From Candidatus Omnitrophota bacterium (GTDB lineage: Bacteria; Omnitrophota; Gorgyraeia; Gygaellales; Profunditerraquicolaceae), in contig JAPLLV010000054.1 in assembly GCA_026387405.1 (NCBI GenBank), positions 1-55,654 on the forward strand: DNA of 55,654 nucleotides, read 5' to 3'. The translations under genes and the position numbers were made by a program. The notes below the pieces were generated by a model. That model was not told where the DNA came from, searched no databases, and saw only the letters and a program-made list of their open reading frames with translations. Position 1 is the first letter of the stretch. The number at the start of each line of letters is the position of its first letter. Below, piece by piece: positions 9,144 through 17,597 of this stretch.

Positions 9144-10415
9144 TTACGGACGCAACTTCTTCGCCTCTTCGAGCACTTTATTGGCTTTTTTCTCGCCGAT
9201 GCCCTTGATCTTGGTCAATCCTTCAATACCTGCGTTAATCAGGTCTTCTATACTTTTTATACCTGCGACCTTAAGGCTGGACAGGGTCTTTCCACCTATG
9301 CCCGGTAACTCGCTAAGGCTGTCTTTGGCCTTAACCTCCTTCTCCTTATTTTTCTTCTCTTTCTTTTCCTTTTTTTCTTTCTTTACCTTCTTTTCCTTCT
9401 TCTCTTTCTTTTCGGCTTTGACTTTAGGCGCTTCTTCCTGGGGCTGCTGTTCTTTAGGCACTTCCGGCTTGGCCGCGGTATCCTTGGTGCGGATATCCAG
9501 CTCCCAGCCGATCAAACGCGATGCCAGGCGCACATTCTGCCCATGCTTGCCGATCGACAGAGATAACTGATCATCATCTACAATCACTTCGGCCTTCTGC
9601 GCTTCTTTATTCAAACGTATCTCCGCGATCTTCGCCGGAGAAAGCGCGGCCTTGATATATTCTTTGATATCGTCACTGTAACGCACGATGTCTATCTTCT
9701 CGCCCTGGATCTCATTGACGATGTTCCTCACCCGGTTGCCGCGCATCCCCACGCAGGCGCCTACGGAATCTACTTTCTCGTTCTTGGAGCAGACGGCGAT
9801 CTTGGTGCGCTCGCCGGCCTGCCGGGCAATAGCTCTGATCTCCACGATCCCATCATAGATCTCCGGCACCTCCAGCTCAAAAAGCTTCTTTACCAGATTC
9901 GGATGCGCGCGAGAAAGTATGATCTGCGGCCCCTTGGTGTCTTTGCGCACCTCGGCAACGTAGGCGCGTATGCGCTGGCCTTGTTTAAATTCCTCCTTGG
10001 AAGACTGGTCGCGCTTTAAGAGGACCCCTTCGGCCTTGCCCAGAAGATCAATGATGATATTCCCTTTATCAAACCGGTATACCGTTCCGGAAACGATCTC
10101 GCCGACCTTACTCTGAAAATCCGCGAACACCACATCCTTCTCCGCCTCGCGGATCTTCTGGATAATGACCTGGCGCGCGGTTGAGGCGGCGATGCGTCCG
10201 AAATCTATGGAACGGATCTCTTCCTCATTTTTAAAAGCCTTGATCTTGCCGGTCTCCCGGTCAAGCTCAACGCGGAGTTCCTCTGTCGGCTTAACGTCAA
10301 TCACCTTGCGGGCAGCGCTCAAAAGGGCGCTCTCAACCGCGGTGATTAAAACCTCTTTTTTAATGCCTTTTTCTCTCTCGATCTGGTCCAGTATTGCCAA
10401 TAATTCGCTGCTCAT
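9144..10415 (-). CDS. nusA: Transcription termination factor NusA with KKE-rich linker and C-terminal HhH domain
   Basis: FGRIAASTARQVIIQKIREAE, ARQAGERTKIAV, GACVGMRG, IGKHGQNVRLA. Confidence 0.97.
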   Translation of the reverse strand: MSSELLAILDQIEREKGIKKEVLITAVESALLSAARKVIDVKPTEELRVELDRETGKIKAFKNEEEIRSIDFGRIAASTARQVIIQKIREAEKDVVFADFQSKVGEIVSGTVYRFDKGNIIIDLLGKAEGVLLKRDQSSKEEFKQGQRIRAYVAEVRKDTKGPQIILSRAHPNLVKKLFELEVPEIYDGIVEIRAIARQAGERTKIAVCSKNEKVDSVGACVGMRGNRVRNIVNEIQGEKIDIVRYSDDIKEYIKAALSPAKIAEIRLNKEAQKAEVIVDDDQLSLSIGKHGQNVRLASRLIGWELDIRTKDTAAKPEVPKEQQPQEEAPKVKAEKKEKKEKKVKKEKKEKKEKKNKEKEVKAKDSLSELPGIGGKTLSSLKVAGIKSIEDLINAGIEGLTKIKGIGEKKANKVLEEAKKLRP

Positions 10416-10437
10416 TTTAATCTCTCCAATTTATTAC

Positions 10438-10516
10438 TGTCATTGCGAGCCACGCAGTGGCGAAGCAATCACGTTTTTAAGATTGCCACGGTCGCTTACG
10501 CTCCCTCGCAATGACA
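10438..10516. repeat. GTCATTGCGAG-type palindromic element, copy 1
   Basis: Perfect 12-bp TIR TGTCATTGCGAG/CTCGCAATGACA; inner GCAATC/GATTGC stem. Confidence 0.9.
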
Positions 10517-10525
10517 ACCTTATAA

Positions 10526-10987
10526 TTACTCTATTATCTGTTTTGCCTGATTAATACTTGCCAGGGGGATCCCCAGCAAACTCCCCTCTATATCTATATA
10601 CAGCGTGTCTTCATCTATCCTGGTAATTATACCATCCCATTCGATCTTACCGTTAATCGGGGTATTCAAGAAAAACCTGGCCTTCTTATTGATACAGCGC
10701 GCGAAATCCCTCTTGGTCTTTAAAAGCCTGTCCAGCCCCGGAGAAGAAACCTCCAGGACATAGCGCATATCCAGAAAATTCTTTTCATCCAATATCCTGC
10801 TTATCCCGATATTTAAACGCGCGCACTCGCCAAGGCTTATGCCGCCTTCGGGCCTATCCACCAGGAGCCTTAGCACCAGGTCCCTTCCTTCATAACGATG
10901 GATGATCTCGACCAGATCTATGCCCTCACCCCTAAGATAATCACCCAGCAAACCTTCTAGCTCTGCGGCTACTGCCTGTCTATCCAT
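10526..10987 (-). CDS. rimP: Ribosome maturation factor RimP
   Basis: LRLLVDRPEGGISLGEC, YVLEVSSPGLDR; the ORF-track N-terminus (MSLRGSEATEAI) is read through a repeat, so start is set at MDRQ. Confidence 0.95.
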   Translation of the reverse strand: MDRQAVAAELEGLLGDYLRGEGIDLVEIIHRYEGRDLVLRLLVDRPEGGISLGECARLNIGISRILDEKNFLDMRYVLEVSSPGLDRLLKTKRDFARCINKKARFFLNTPINGKIEWDGIITRIDEDTLYIDIEGSLLGIPLASINQAKQIIE

Positions 10988-11002
10988 TCCTATTATCCAC
11001 AC

Positions 11003-11078
11003 GTCATTGCGAGCCCCGAAGGGGCGAAGCAATCTCGTTCTTGGGATTGCTTCGGTCGCTTCGCTCCCTCGCAATGAC
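11003..11078. repeat. GTCATTGCGAG-type palindromic element, copy 2
   Basis: 11-bp TIR GTCATTGCGAG/CTCGCAATGAC; inner GAAGCAATC/GATTGCTTC. Confidence 0.9.
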
Positions 11079-11080
11079 AA

Positions 11081-12322
11081 TTAGCGTATATGTTTTAGTA
11101 TGTCTTCCTTATCTCCGGTAATTTTCTTGTTTTCCCTGCGGAATTTCAACTCCAGGTTTCCTGTTTTTAGGAATTCCTTGCCGATGATAATCTCCAGAGG
11201 TATCCCCAAGAGGTCCGCGTCTTTAAACTTGACCCCGGCGCGTTCATCCCGGTCATCAAGCAGGGCCTGCACGCCTGCATTATTTAATTCCTGATATACG
11301 GCGTGCGCGCACCCGGAAATTTTTTCGTCGGTGATATCCAGCGGGACCACGATCACCCGGTATGGGCTTACTTCGTCCGGCCAGATGATCCCCGCATCAT
11401 CGTGATTCTGTTCAATGACAGCCGAGATCAATCTTGAAACCCCGATACCGTAACAACCCATTATAATGGGTTGGAGCTTCCCGCTTGCGTCAAGAAAGTT
11501 TGCCCCAAGGCTTGAGGAATATTTTGTCCCCAATTGGAATATATGCCCTATCTCAACGGTGTTGGTCACAACGAGCGCCTCGTTACATTTAGGGCAGAGT
11601 TTTTTATCCGCGACTTCTTCTTTGTAAGGCAGGGCACAATGGCACTTTGGGCACGCCAGGACTACATCTTCGCCGCTTTCAGTAGGAACCATGAATTCAT
11701 GGGAAACACTGCCTCCCATCACCCCTGCATCGGCCTCAACTACCAGGAAATCCAGGCCCATGCGGCCGAATATCCGGTTGTAGGCGGCAAGCATTATTTT
11801 ATAATTTTTCTCCAACCCCTCCTGGTCCCGGTCAAAACTATAGGCGTCCTTCATCACGAATTCACAGGCCCTCACCGGACCGAAACGCGGGCGGAGCTCA
11901 TCGCGGAATTTTGTCTGTATCTGATAAAGAACCAGGGGCAGCTGCTTGTAAGAAGAAACGTGGCCTTTTACCAGGTCCGTAATGACCTCTTCGTGCGTGG
12001 GCCCCAGGCAGATCTTCCTGCCCCTGCGGTCGGTAAACCTGATCATGGTTTCCCCGAGGTCTTTATCACGCCCGGTCTTGAGCCACAACTCCAAAGGCTG
12101 CAGCGCAGGCAATAACAATTCCGCCGCACCGCTGGAATCCATTTCCTGGCGGATGATATTCTCGATATTGTTCAACACCCTTAGACCCAGAGGAAGATAC
12201 GTATAAACCCCGGACATAAGCATACGCATAAGCCCTGCCCTGAGTAGGAGCTTATGGCTTATCGAATCCGCTTCCTGGGGGGCCTCTTTTAATGTAGGGA
12301 TAAAAGTCTTAGTCCAGAGCAT
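11081..12322 (-). CDS. proS: Prolyl-tRNA synthetase, short form without INS editing domain
   Basis: LGPTHEE, YQIQTKFRDELRPRFG, EFVMKDAYSF, EIGHIFQLG, MGCYGIGVSR, GVKFKDADLLG. Confidence 0.97.
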   Translation of the reverse strand: MLWTKTFIPTLKEAPQEADSISHKLLLRAGLMRMLMSGVYTYLPLGLRVLNNIENIIRQEMDSSGAAELLLPALQPLELWLKTGRDKDLGETMIRFTDRRGRKICLGPTHEEVITDLVKGHVSSYKQLPLVLYQIQTKFRDELRPRFGPVRACEFVMKDAYSFDRDQEGLEKNYKIMLAAYNRIFGRMGLDFLVVEADAGVMGGSVSHEFMVPTESGEDVVLACPKCHCALPYKEEVADKKLCPKCNEALVVTNTVEIGHIFQLGTKYSSSLGANFLDASGKLQPIIMGCYGIGVSRLISAVIEQNHDDAGIIWPDEVSPYRVIVVPLDITDEKISGCAHAVYQELNNAGVQALLDDRDERAGVKFKDADLLGIPLEIIIGKEFLKTGNLELKFRRENKKITGDKEDILKHIR

Positions 12323-12327
12323 AAGTT

Positions 12328-12371
12328 AGCAAATGGCAAATGGCAAATGGCTAATAGCGAATAGCAAATAG
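12328..12371. repeat. Heptamer tandem (A/G)GCAAAT / AGCGAAT between ispG and proS
   Basis: Direct reading; ends 5 nt from the proS ATG. Confidence 0.9.
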
Positions 12372-12383
12372 AAAAAACTATAG

Positions 12384-13481
12384 CTAGCGCCGTTGTTCCT
12401 TTCTTATTTCTCTAACAATCTCATCTATGCAATTATGAATGGCGATTTTCCGTACCGGTTTCCCCTTTTTAAATAATAACCCGCTTCCCCTCCCAAAAGC
12501 GATACCTATATCTGCCTGTTTGGCCTCGCCCGGGCCGTTAACCACGCAACCCATGAGAGCTATCTTTAGCGATTTCTTGGTCGTTGGTCGCTGGTCGCTA
12601 GTCGCTGGTCGCTGGTCGTTAGTCGTTAGTTTATCCTCTAAATCTTTAACCACGCGTATCAGGTCCACTTCGCAGCGGCCGCAGGTAGGGCAACTTATGA
12701 TCTCATGCCCGAAATGACGCAAGCCCAAACTCTCCAATATGGCCCTAGCCGCTAAGACCTCCTGCAGCGGATCATCGGTCAGGGAGACCCTGAGCGTATC
12801 GCCTATCCCTTCGGATAGTAAAATTCCCAAGGCGACACTGGATTTAATCGCGCCCTGCCTCGGCAGGCCGGTGGCCGTAACCCCCAGGTGCAGCGGGTAT
12901 TCACACTCTTTGGCAATCCGGCGATAGGCATCGATCGTATCCCATACTGTTGAGCCCTTTAGCGAAATCACAATATCGTAAAATTTAAGCTTTTCTATTC
13001 TCTTAATATAATCGAGGCAGCTGCGGACCAGCTTCTGCGGCATGCTCAACTTCCTTGAGCCCAGGCCGCGGACAGAGCCGGAATTCAATCCTACGCGCAG
13101 GGGGATCCCGGCGTCTTTCAAGGCGCTGATCACAAACTTCAGCTCATTATCTTTATAAATATTCCCCGGGTTCAGCCTTATCTTATCCGCGCCGCTCTCA
13201 ATAGCCTTGATTGCCAGGCGCCAGTTGAAATGGATATCCGCCACAAGCGGCAGGGATATATCCTGTTTGATCTTCTTAATGGCTAACGCGTCTGACGCGT
13301 CTTTTACCGCCACCCTGACGATCTCACAACCGGCAGCCTGCAAACTCTTTATCTGGCTTACCGTATCCGCCACATCGGCAGTCCTTGTCTTGGCCATGGA
13401 CTGCACGGCTAGGGGGTAGTTACCGCCGATATAAACCTTGCCTATTTTTACTACCCTGGCTTTACGCCTGATTATTTTCAT
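12384..13481 (-). CDS. ispG: 4-hydroxy-3-methylbut-2-enyl diphosphate synthase (flavodoxin) IspG
   Basis: VQSMAKT, PLVADIHF, RLNPGNI, GIGDTLRVSLT, ISCPTCGRC, MGCVVNGPGEA; start set at MKIIRR. Confidence 0.98.
   Translation of the reverse strand: MKIIRRKARVVKIGKVYIGGNYPLAVQSMAKTRTADVADTVSQIKSLQAAGCEIVRVAVKDASDALAIKKIKQDISLPLVADIHFNWRLAIKAIESGADKIRLNPGNIYKDNELKFVISALKDAGIPLRVGLNSGSVRGLGSRKLSMPQKLVRSCLDYIKRIEKLKFYDIVISLKGSTVWDTIDAYRRIAKECEYPLHLGVTATGLPRQGAIKSSVALGILLSEGIGDTLRVSLTDDPLQEVLAARAILESLGLRHFGHEIISCPTCGRCEVDLIRVVKDLEDKLTTNDQRPATSDQRPTTKKSLKIALMGCVVNGPGEAKQADIGIAFGRGSGLLFKKGKPVRKIAIHNCIDEIVREIRKEQRR
12578..12630. repeat. Heptamer tandem T(G/A)GTCG(C/T) x7.5 in-frame within ispG
   Basis: Encodes TTNDQRPATSDQRPTTK. 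Confidence 0.93.
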
Positions 13482-13487
13482 ATTTAC

Positions 13488-13588
13488 TGTCATTGCGAGG
13501 CGCCGCAGGCGCCGAAGCAATCCCGCTTTTAGAGATTACTTCCCGCCACGCTTCGCTCGCGGCTTCGGCTCTGGTCGCTCGCAATGAC
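13488..13588. repeat. GTCATTGCGAG-type palindromic element, copy 3 (expanded)
   Basis: Same 11-bp TIR, with extra internal sequence. Confidence 0.88.
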
Positions 13589-13598
13589 GGCTATTCAA

Positions 13599-14681
13599 CT
13601 ACTTGAATAGCTTGGCGATCTTGTCTCCGAATATCCTGACGATGTCGTTGTAAGTAACCAGGACCGCCAAAGTGATGATCAGGCTAAAACCCGCCTGGGT
13701 AATTATCTTTTCTACCTTTTCGCTCAAGGCCTTGCCCCTTATCTTCTCGATCAAAAGCAGCGCCAAGTGCCCCCCGTCCAATAAAGGAAGCGGCAGGAGA
13801 TTGAATATCCCGAGGCTCACGCTCAATGCCGCCAGCAAAAACAAAACCGGGATAACCCCCAGGTGCATAACCTTTGAGGTGATGAAGAAGACGCCTAACG
13901 GACCGGTTACGGATTCGCGTAAGGACATCCTTCCGGTAACCATCCGCGTCATTGCCTGATAGGTCATCGCGGTCAAAAACCAGACCCGAGACCCGGCCAG
14001 CAAAAATGACTGCGCCGGACCGTGCCTTACCGTAATAATCGTATCCTCGTCCGGGGTAATGCCCAACAGTCCGATGTTGTGCATGCGGCCGGAAGAATCG
14101 CTGATGTTCTTTCCTTTTATCAAAACATTGATCGTCAACTCCTGCGTGCCCCTGAGTAAAGAAAGCTCGACCTTCTCTCCGGGTTTCCTGGATTTAATAG
14201 CCTCTTGCATCTCTTCCCAGTACTGGACCCGCTGGGCGCCGATAGCCACCACCTTATCGCCAGCCTTTATCCCTGACTCTTCGGCCCCGAAACCGGGCAT
14301 CACCCCGCCGACCCTGGTAGTCAGAGTGGGGAAGCCCGCGGCGAAAATAAACCAGAAAAGCAAAAAACCCAGGATATAATTCGCTAAAGGGCCGAAAAAA
14401 ATTATCAGGGCGCGCTGAAAAACGCTCTTGGAATAATATTCATAAGTCTTACCGGTAAATTCTTCCAGATTATCTCCGGCAAGCTTCACATAACCTCCCA
14501 GCGGTATAGCGCTCAAGGAATATTCCGTTTCATACCGTTTCTTACGCAAGATACACTTGCCAAAGCCTAAAGAAAACTTCTCTACCCTGACCCCTAATTT
14601 TTTAGCCATGAAAAAATGCCCCAGTTCATGGACGATAATCAAAGCGCTCAAAACTACCAAAAACACCAGCATCGAAAGCAT
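13599..14681 (-). CDS. rseP: RIP metalloprotease RseP
   Basis: VHELGHF, PLGGYVKLAG, PDZ-like segment, GPLG, FNLLPLPLLDGGH; start set at MLSMLV. Confidence 0.96.
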   Translation of the reverse strand: MLSMLVFLVVLSALIIVHELGHFFMAKKLGVRVEKFSLGFGKCILRKKRYETEYSLSAIPLGGYVKLAGDNLEEFTGKTYEYYSKSVFQRALIIFFGPLANYILGFLLFWFIFAAGFPTLTTRVGGVMPGFGAEESGIKAGDKVVAIGAQRVQYWEEMQEAIKSRKPGEKVELSLLRGTQELTINVLIKGKNISDSSGRMHNIGLLGITPDEDTIITVRHGPAQSFLLAGSRVWFLTAMTYQAMTRMVTGRMSLRESVTGPLGVFFITSKVMHLGVIPVLFLLAALSVSLGIFNLLPLPLLDGGHLALLLIEKIRGKALSEKVEKIITQAGFSLIITLAVLVTYNDIVRIFGDKIAKLFK

Positions 14682-14707
14682 ATTTGCGCTCCGTATAATA
14701 TTTCTAT

Positions 14708-14751
14708 TTTCCAGACCCGCGGTGGAATGCATTCCACCGCGGGTCTGGAAA
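14708..14751. repeat. Perfect 44-bp palindrome
   Basis: TTTCCAGACCCGCGGTGGAATG|CATTCCACCGCGGGTCTGGAAA, no spacer. Confidence 0.95.
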
Positions 14752-14758
14752 CTCATAT

Positions 14759-15919
14759 TTAATTCCTTAACTTACTAATCGCTGCAGCCGCTTCTTCCCT
14801 GGCCCAGGCATCGAGCTTTAAAATATCCTTAAGCGATGAATTTATAATACTGCGATGTTTGGCCAATACCCGTTCGACAACGCGCGCAAGTCCGTTAAAC
14901 GCAAGCCTGCGCTCCAAAAACGCCTCCACCGCCACTTCGTTAGCGGCATTGAGCACGCAAGGCGCGCCCCCCTGCTTGCGGGCTGCCGTATATGCCAACC
15001 CCAGACAGGGAAATTTTTTAAAATCGGGCTCCTGAAATTCCAGCTTCCTAAGCTTTAAGAAATCGATTCCCGCGGGCGAACCACAGGCAAGCCTCTCGGG
15101 GTAAGTCAGGGCGTACTGAATAGGTATGCGCATGTCGGTGGCCGACAACTGCGCCATAACCACCCCGTCAATGAATTCCACCATCGAATGCACTACTGCC
15201 TCGGGATGGATGATGACCTTTATCTCCTGCGGCCCGACGCCAAACAGGTACATCGTCTCCAGGACTTCCAGACCCTTATTCATCAGGGTGGCCGAATCCA
15301 CGCTGATCTTTTTACCCATCTTCCAACGGGGATGATTAAGCGCGCGCGGAACGCTTATGTTACGCAGCTCCCCCTTAGGGACTTTGCGTAAAGGCCCCCC
15401 GGAAGCAGTGAGATAAATAGTCTTAAGGTTTCTCTTGTCCTGTTTGTCCAGGCACTGCCAGATCGCCGATTGTTCACTGTCAACAGGCTTCAGGGAAATC
15501 TTGTGCTTACGCGCCTTCTGCATAACCAGCGGCCCGGCCATCACCAGGGCCTCTTTATTGGCCAGGACGATATCCTTGCCTGTTTCTATGGCCGAAAGAA
15601 GCGGACCCAGCGCCTGCGAACCGGAGATAGCCACGACTACCTCGTCAGCGGAGCTTAAACCTGCCAGCTCAAGAAGTCCTTCTTCCCCGCAAAAAAGCTT
15701 AATACCCGGGCTTATTTTAGCCCCTAACTTCTCTGCCAGGCGGCTATTACCCACGCAGACAAACCCCGGACGAAATTCTCTTACCTGCCGGCAAAGTTCA
15801 TCTATGTTCGAATAAGCGGATAAACCCAGTACTTGAAATCTATCCGGGAAACGCCTGACTACATCCAGCGTATTCTGTCCGATCGAACCGGTTGAGCCTA
15901 AAATTACCAGACGCTTCAT
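14759..15919 (-). CDS. dxr: 1-deoxy-D-xylulose 5-phosphate reductoisomerase
   Basis: LGSTGSIG, LANKE, PVDSE, LTASGGP, HPRWKMGKKISVDSATLMNKGLE, NAANEVAV; start set at MKRL. Confidence 0.98.
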   Translation of the reverse strand: MKRLVILGSTGSIGQNTLDVVRRFPDRFQVLGLSAYSNIDELCRQVREFRPGFVCVGNSRLAEKLGAKISPGIKLFCGEEGLLELAGLSSADEVVVAISGSQALGPLLSAIETGKDIVLANKEALVMAGPLVMQKARKHKISLKPVDSEQSAIWQCLDKQDKRNLKTIYLTASGGPLRKVPKGELRNISVPRALNHPRWKMGKKISVDSATLMNKGLEVLETMYLFGVGPQEIKVIIHPEAVVHSMVEFIDGVVMAQLSATDMRIPIQYALTYPERLACGSPAGIDFLKLRKLEFQEPDFKKFPCLGLAYTAARKQGGAPCVLNAANEVAVEAFLERRLAFNGLARVVERVLAKHRSIINSSLKDILKLDAWAREEAAAAISKLRN

Positions 15920-15940
15920 GCAAACTAATAGATTCGGTGT

Positions 15941-16004
15941 TCTCGACTCGCCCAAAATTACTCTTCGAGCGCAGTCGAGAAGAGTAATTTTAGGCTTCGC
16001 TCGA
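15941..16004. repeat. Palindromic element with TCGAGCGCAGTCGAGA loop
   Basis: 12-bp perfect stem AAAATTACTCTT/AAGAGTAATTTT inside TCTCGACT...TCGCTCGA. Confidence 0.75.
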
Positions 16005-16022
16005 ACAGTATTTTCTGCTTTT

Positions 16023-16817
16023 TTATTTTAAGATGACGCTCATATAAAAATAAAACGCGGGAGCGGTAAAGATCAGGCTGTCAATGGAGTCCAGGACTCC
16101 CCCTAAGCCCGGAAATATATTACCCGAATCTTTGATCCCGCAGTCGCGCTTCATCATCGATTCCGATAGATCGCCTAACTGCCCCAGCACTGCCAGGGCA
16201 ATGCCGATAAAGAAAAGATGCGAAAAAGCCAGGTTCACAAACCACCTGCAGGCTAATGCCGCCAATACGCTGAATAATAAACCTCCCAAAGCCCCTTCCA
16301 CCGTTTTTTTCGGGCTGATGCGCGGGATAAGCGGGGTCTTGCCCAAACGCGTACCCACCAGATACGCCCCGATATCCCCGAATTTAGTGATCAAGAGCAC
16401 CGCGGACAAAAGGCCTATCCCTCCCTGCAGGTAGCGAATTTTTATTAAAAAACTCATGAACCAGGAAATATACAGTATGCCGAAAATAGTGGTCGAGATA
16501 CCCACTATGGCCCCGGAATTCTGCCTGCGCGTAAACTGCATCATTATCAAGAATACAAGCGCTAAGATTAAAAAAAGCAGCTCCCATCCTTTGGTAGGTT
16601 CAAAACGATAGATGATCGATAAAGGTATAAGCGCCCCTAATCCCAGACCGACGTACTTATATATGCTCAAGCCCTTATACTCAAGCATGGTAAAAAATTC
16701 ATAAAGGCCCAGGACTATAAATGCCGCGGTAATAAGGCTGATCAGCCAATCCACTTGAATGGACGCCACGATCACGGCAATGATAATAGTAGAGCTAATT
16801 ACTCTCTGGAGCAACAT
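16023..16817 (-). CDS. cdsA: Phosphatidate cytidylyltransferase
   Basis: GDIGAYLVG, ISPKKTVEG, GDLSESMMKRDCGIKDSG, GGVLDSIDS. Confidence 0.96.
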   Translation of the reverse strand: MLLQRVISSTIIIAVIVASIQVDWLISLITAAFIVLGLYEFFTMLEYKGLSIYKYVGLGLGALIPLSIIYRFEPTKGWELLFLILALVFLIMMQFTRRQNSGAIVGISTTIFGILYISWFMSFLIKIRYLQGGIGLLSAVLLITKFGDIGAYLVGTRLGKTPLIPRISPKKTVEGALGGLLFSVLAALACRWFVNLAFSHLFFIGIALAVLGQLGDLSESMMKRDCGIKDSGNIFPGLGGVLDSIDSLIFTAPAFYFYMSVILK

Positions 16818-17526
16818 CGACCCTCCCGAATCTGCGTTCCCTTTTCTGGTACACCCTGATAGCCGCTTCCAGGTCTTTATTCGTAAAATCCGGCCAGTAT
16901 TTCCCGAGAAAAAATAATTCCGCGTAGGAAAGCTGCCAGAGCAGGAAATTGCTCAGGCGCATCTCTCCGCTGGTGCGGATCAATAAATCCGGGTCCGGCA
17001 GACCAACGGTATAAAAATAATCGCTAAAATTTTCTTCATTAAGGCTGTTGATATCTATTTCTCCACCGGCTACGCTGCGGGCAAATTTCTTGGCCGCGTC
17101 GACTATCTCCTGGCGGCTGCCGTAATTTAAAGCCAGGACCAGGGTCAAGCCGGTATTGCGGCTGGTTAACGCCTGCGCTTTTTTCATCTTTTCCTGCAGG
17201 TATCGCGGCAGTGGGTCCTGCCTTCCTATAAACAATAACCTGATGTTATTGCTCACTAATTCCTTTATCTCGCGGTCAAGGAAGTTATCCAGGTAACGCA
17301 TGAGCATGCTTATCTCTGATTTAGGCCTATCCCAGTTCTCGGCAGAGAAGGCAAAAAGGGTCAATGCCTCAAGCCCAATTTCAGACGAGAACCTTATGAT
17401 CTCCTTCACTACCTTGGTACCCTGGCGATGCCCGTAAGTGCGGCCCCGGCCCCTCTCTTTTGCCCAGCGGCCGTTTCCGTCCATGATTATCGCGATATGG
17501 CGGGGAATGTTATTATTATCGATCAC
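16795..17526 (-). CDS. uppS: Undecaprenyl diphosphate synthase
   Basis: HIAIIMDGNGRWA, FSAENWDRP, PDLLIRTSGEMRLSNFLLWQ, RERRFG. Confidence 0.98.
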   Translation of the reverse strand: MIDNNNIPRHIAIIMDGNGRWAKERGRGRTYGHRQGTKVVKEIIRFSSEIGLEALTLFAFSAENWDRPKSEISMLMRYLDNFLDREIKELVSNNIRLLFIGRQDPLPRYLQEKMKKAQALTSRNTGLTLVLALNYGSRQEIVDAAKKFARSVAGGEIDINSLNEENFSDYFYTVGLPDPDLLIRTSGEMRLSNFLLWQLSYAELFFLGKYWPDFTNKDLEAAIRVYQKRERRFGRVDVAPESN

Positions 17527-17528
17527 GT

Positions 17529-17597
17529 TTTAGCGTTTAGCGTTTAGCGTTTAGCGGATATTTTTTCTAAACGCTATCCGCTCTACGCTATACGCTA
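17529..17597. repeat. Inverted heptamer arrays (TTAGCGT)n...(ACGCTA)n
   Basis: Fills the whole spacer between the GH57 stop and the uppS GTG. Confidence 0.92.

Noticed and set aside
9340-9420. KKE-rich low-complexity tract in NusA
   Set aside because: Codon-level low-complexity linker with no element structure.
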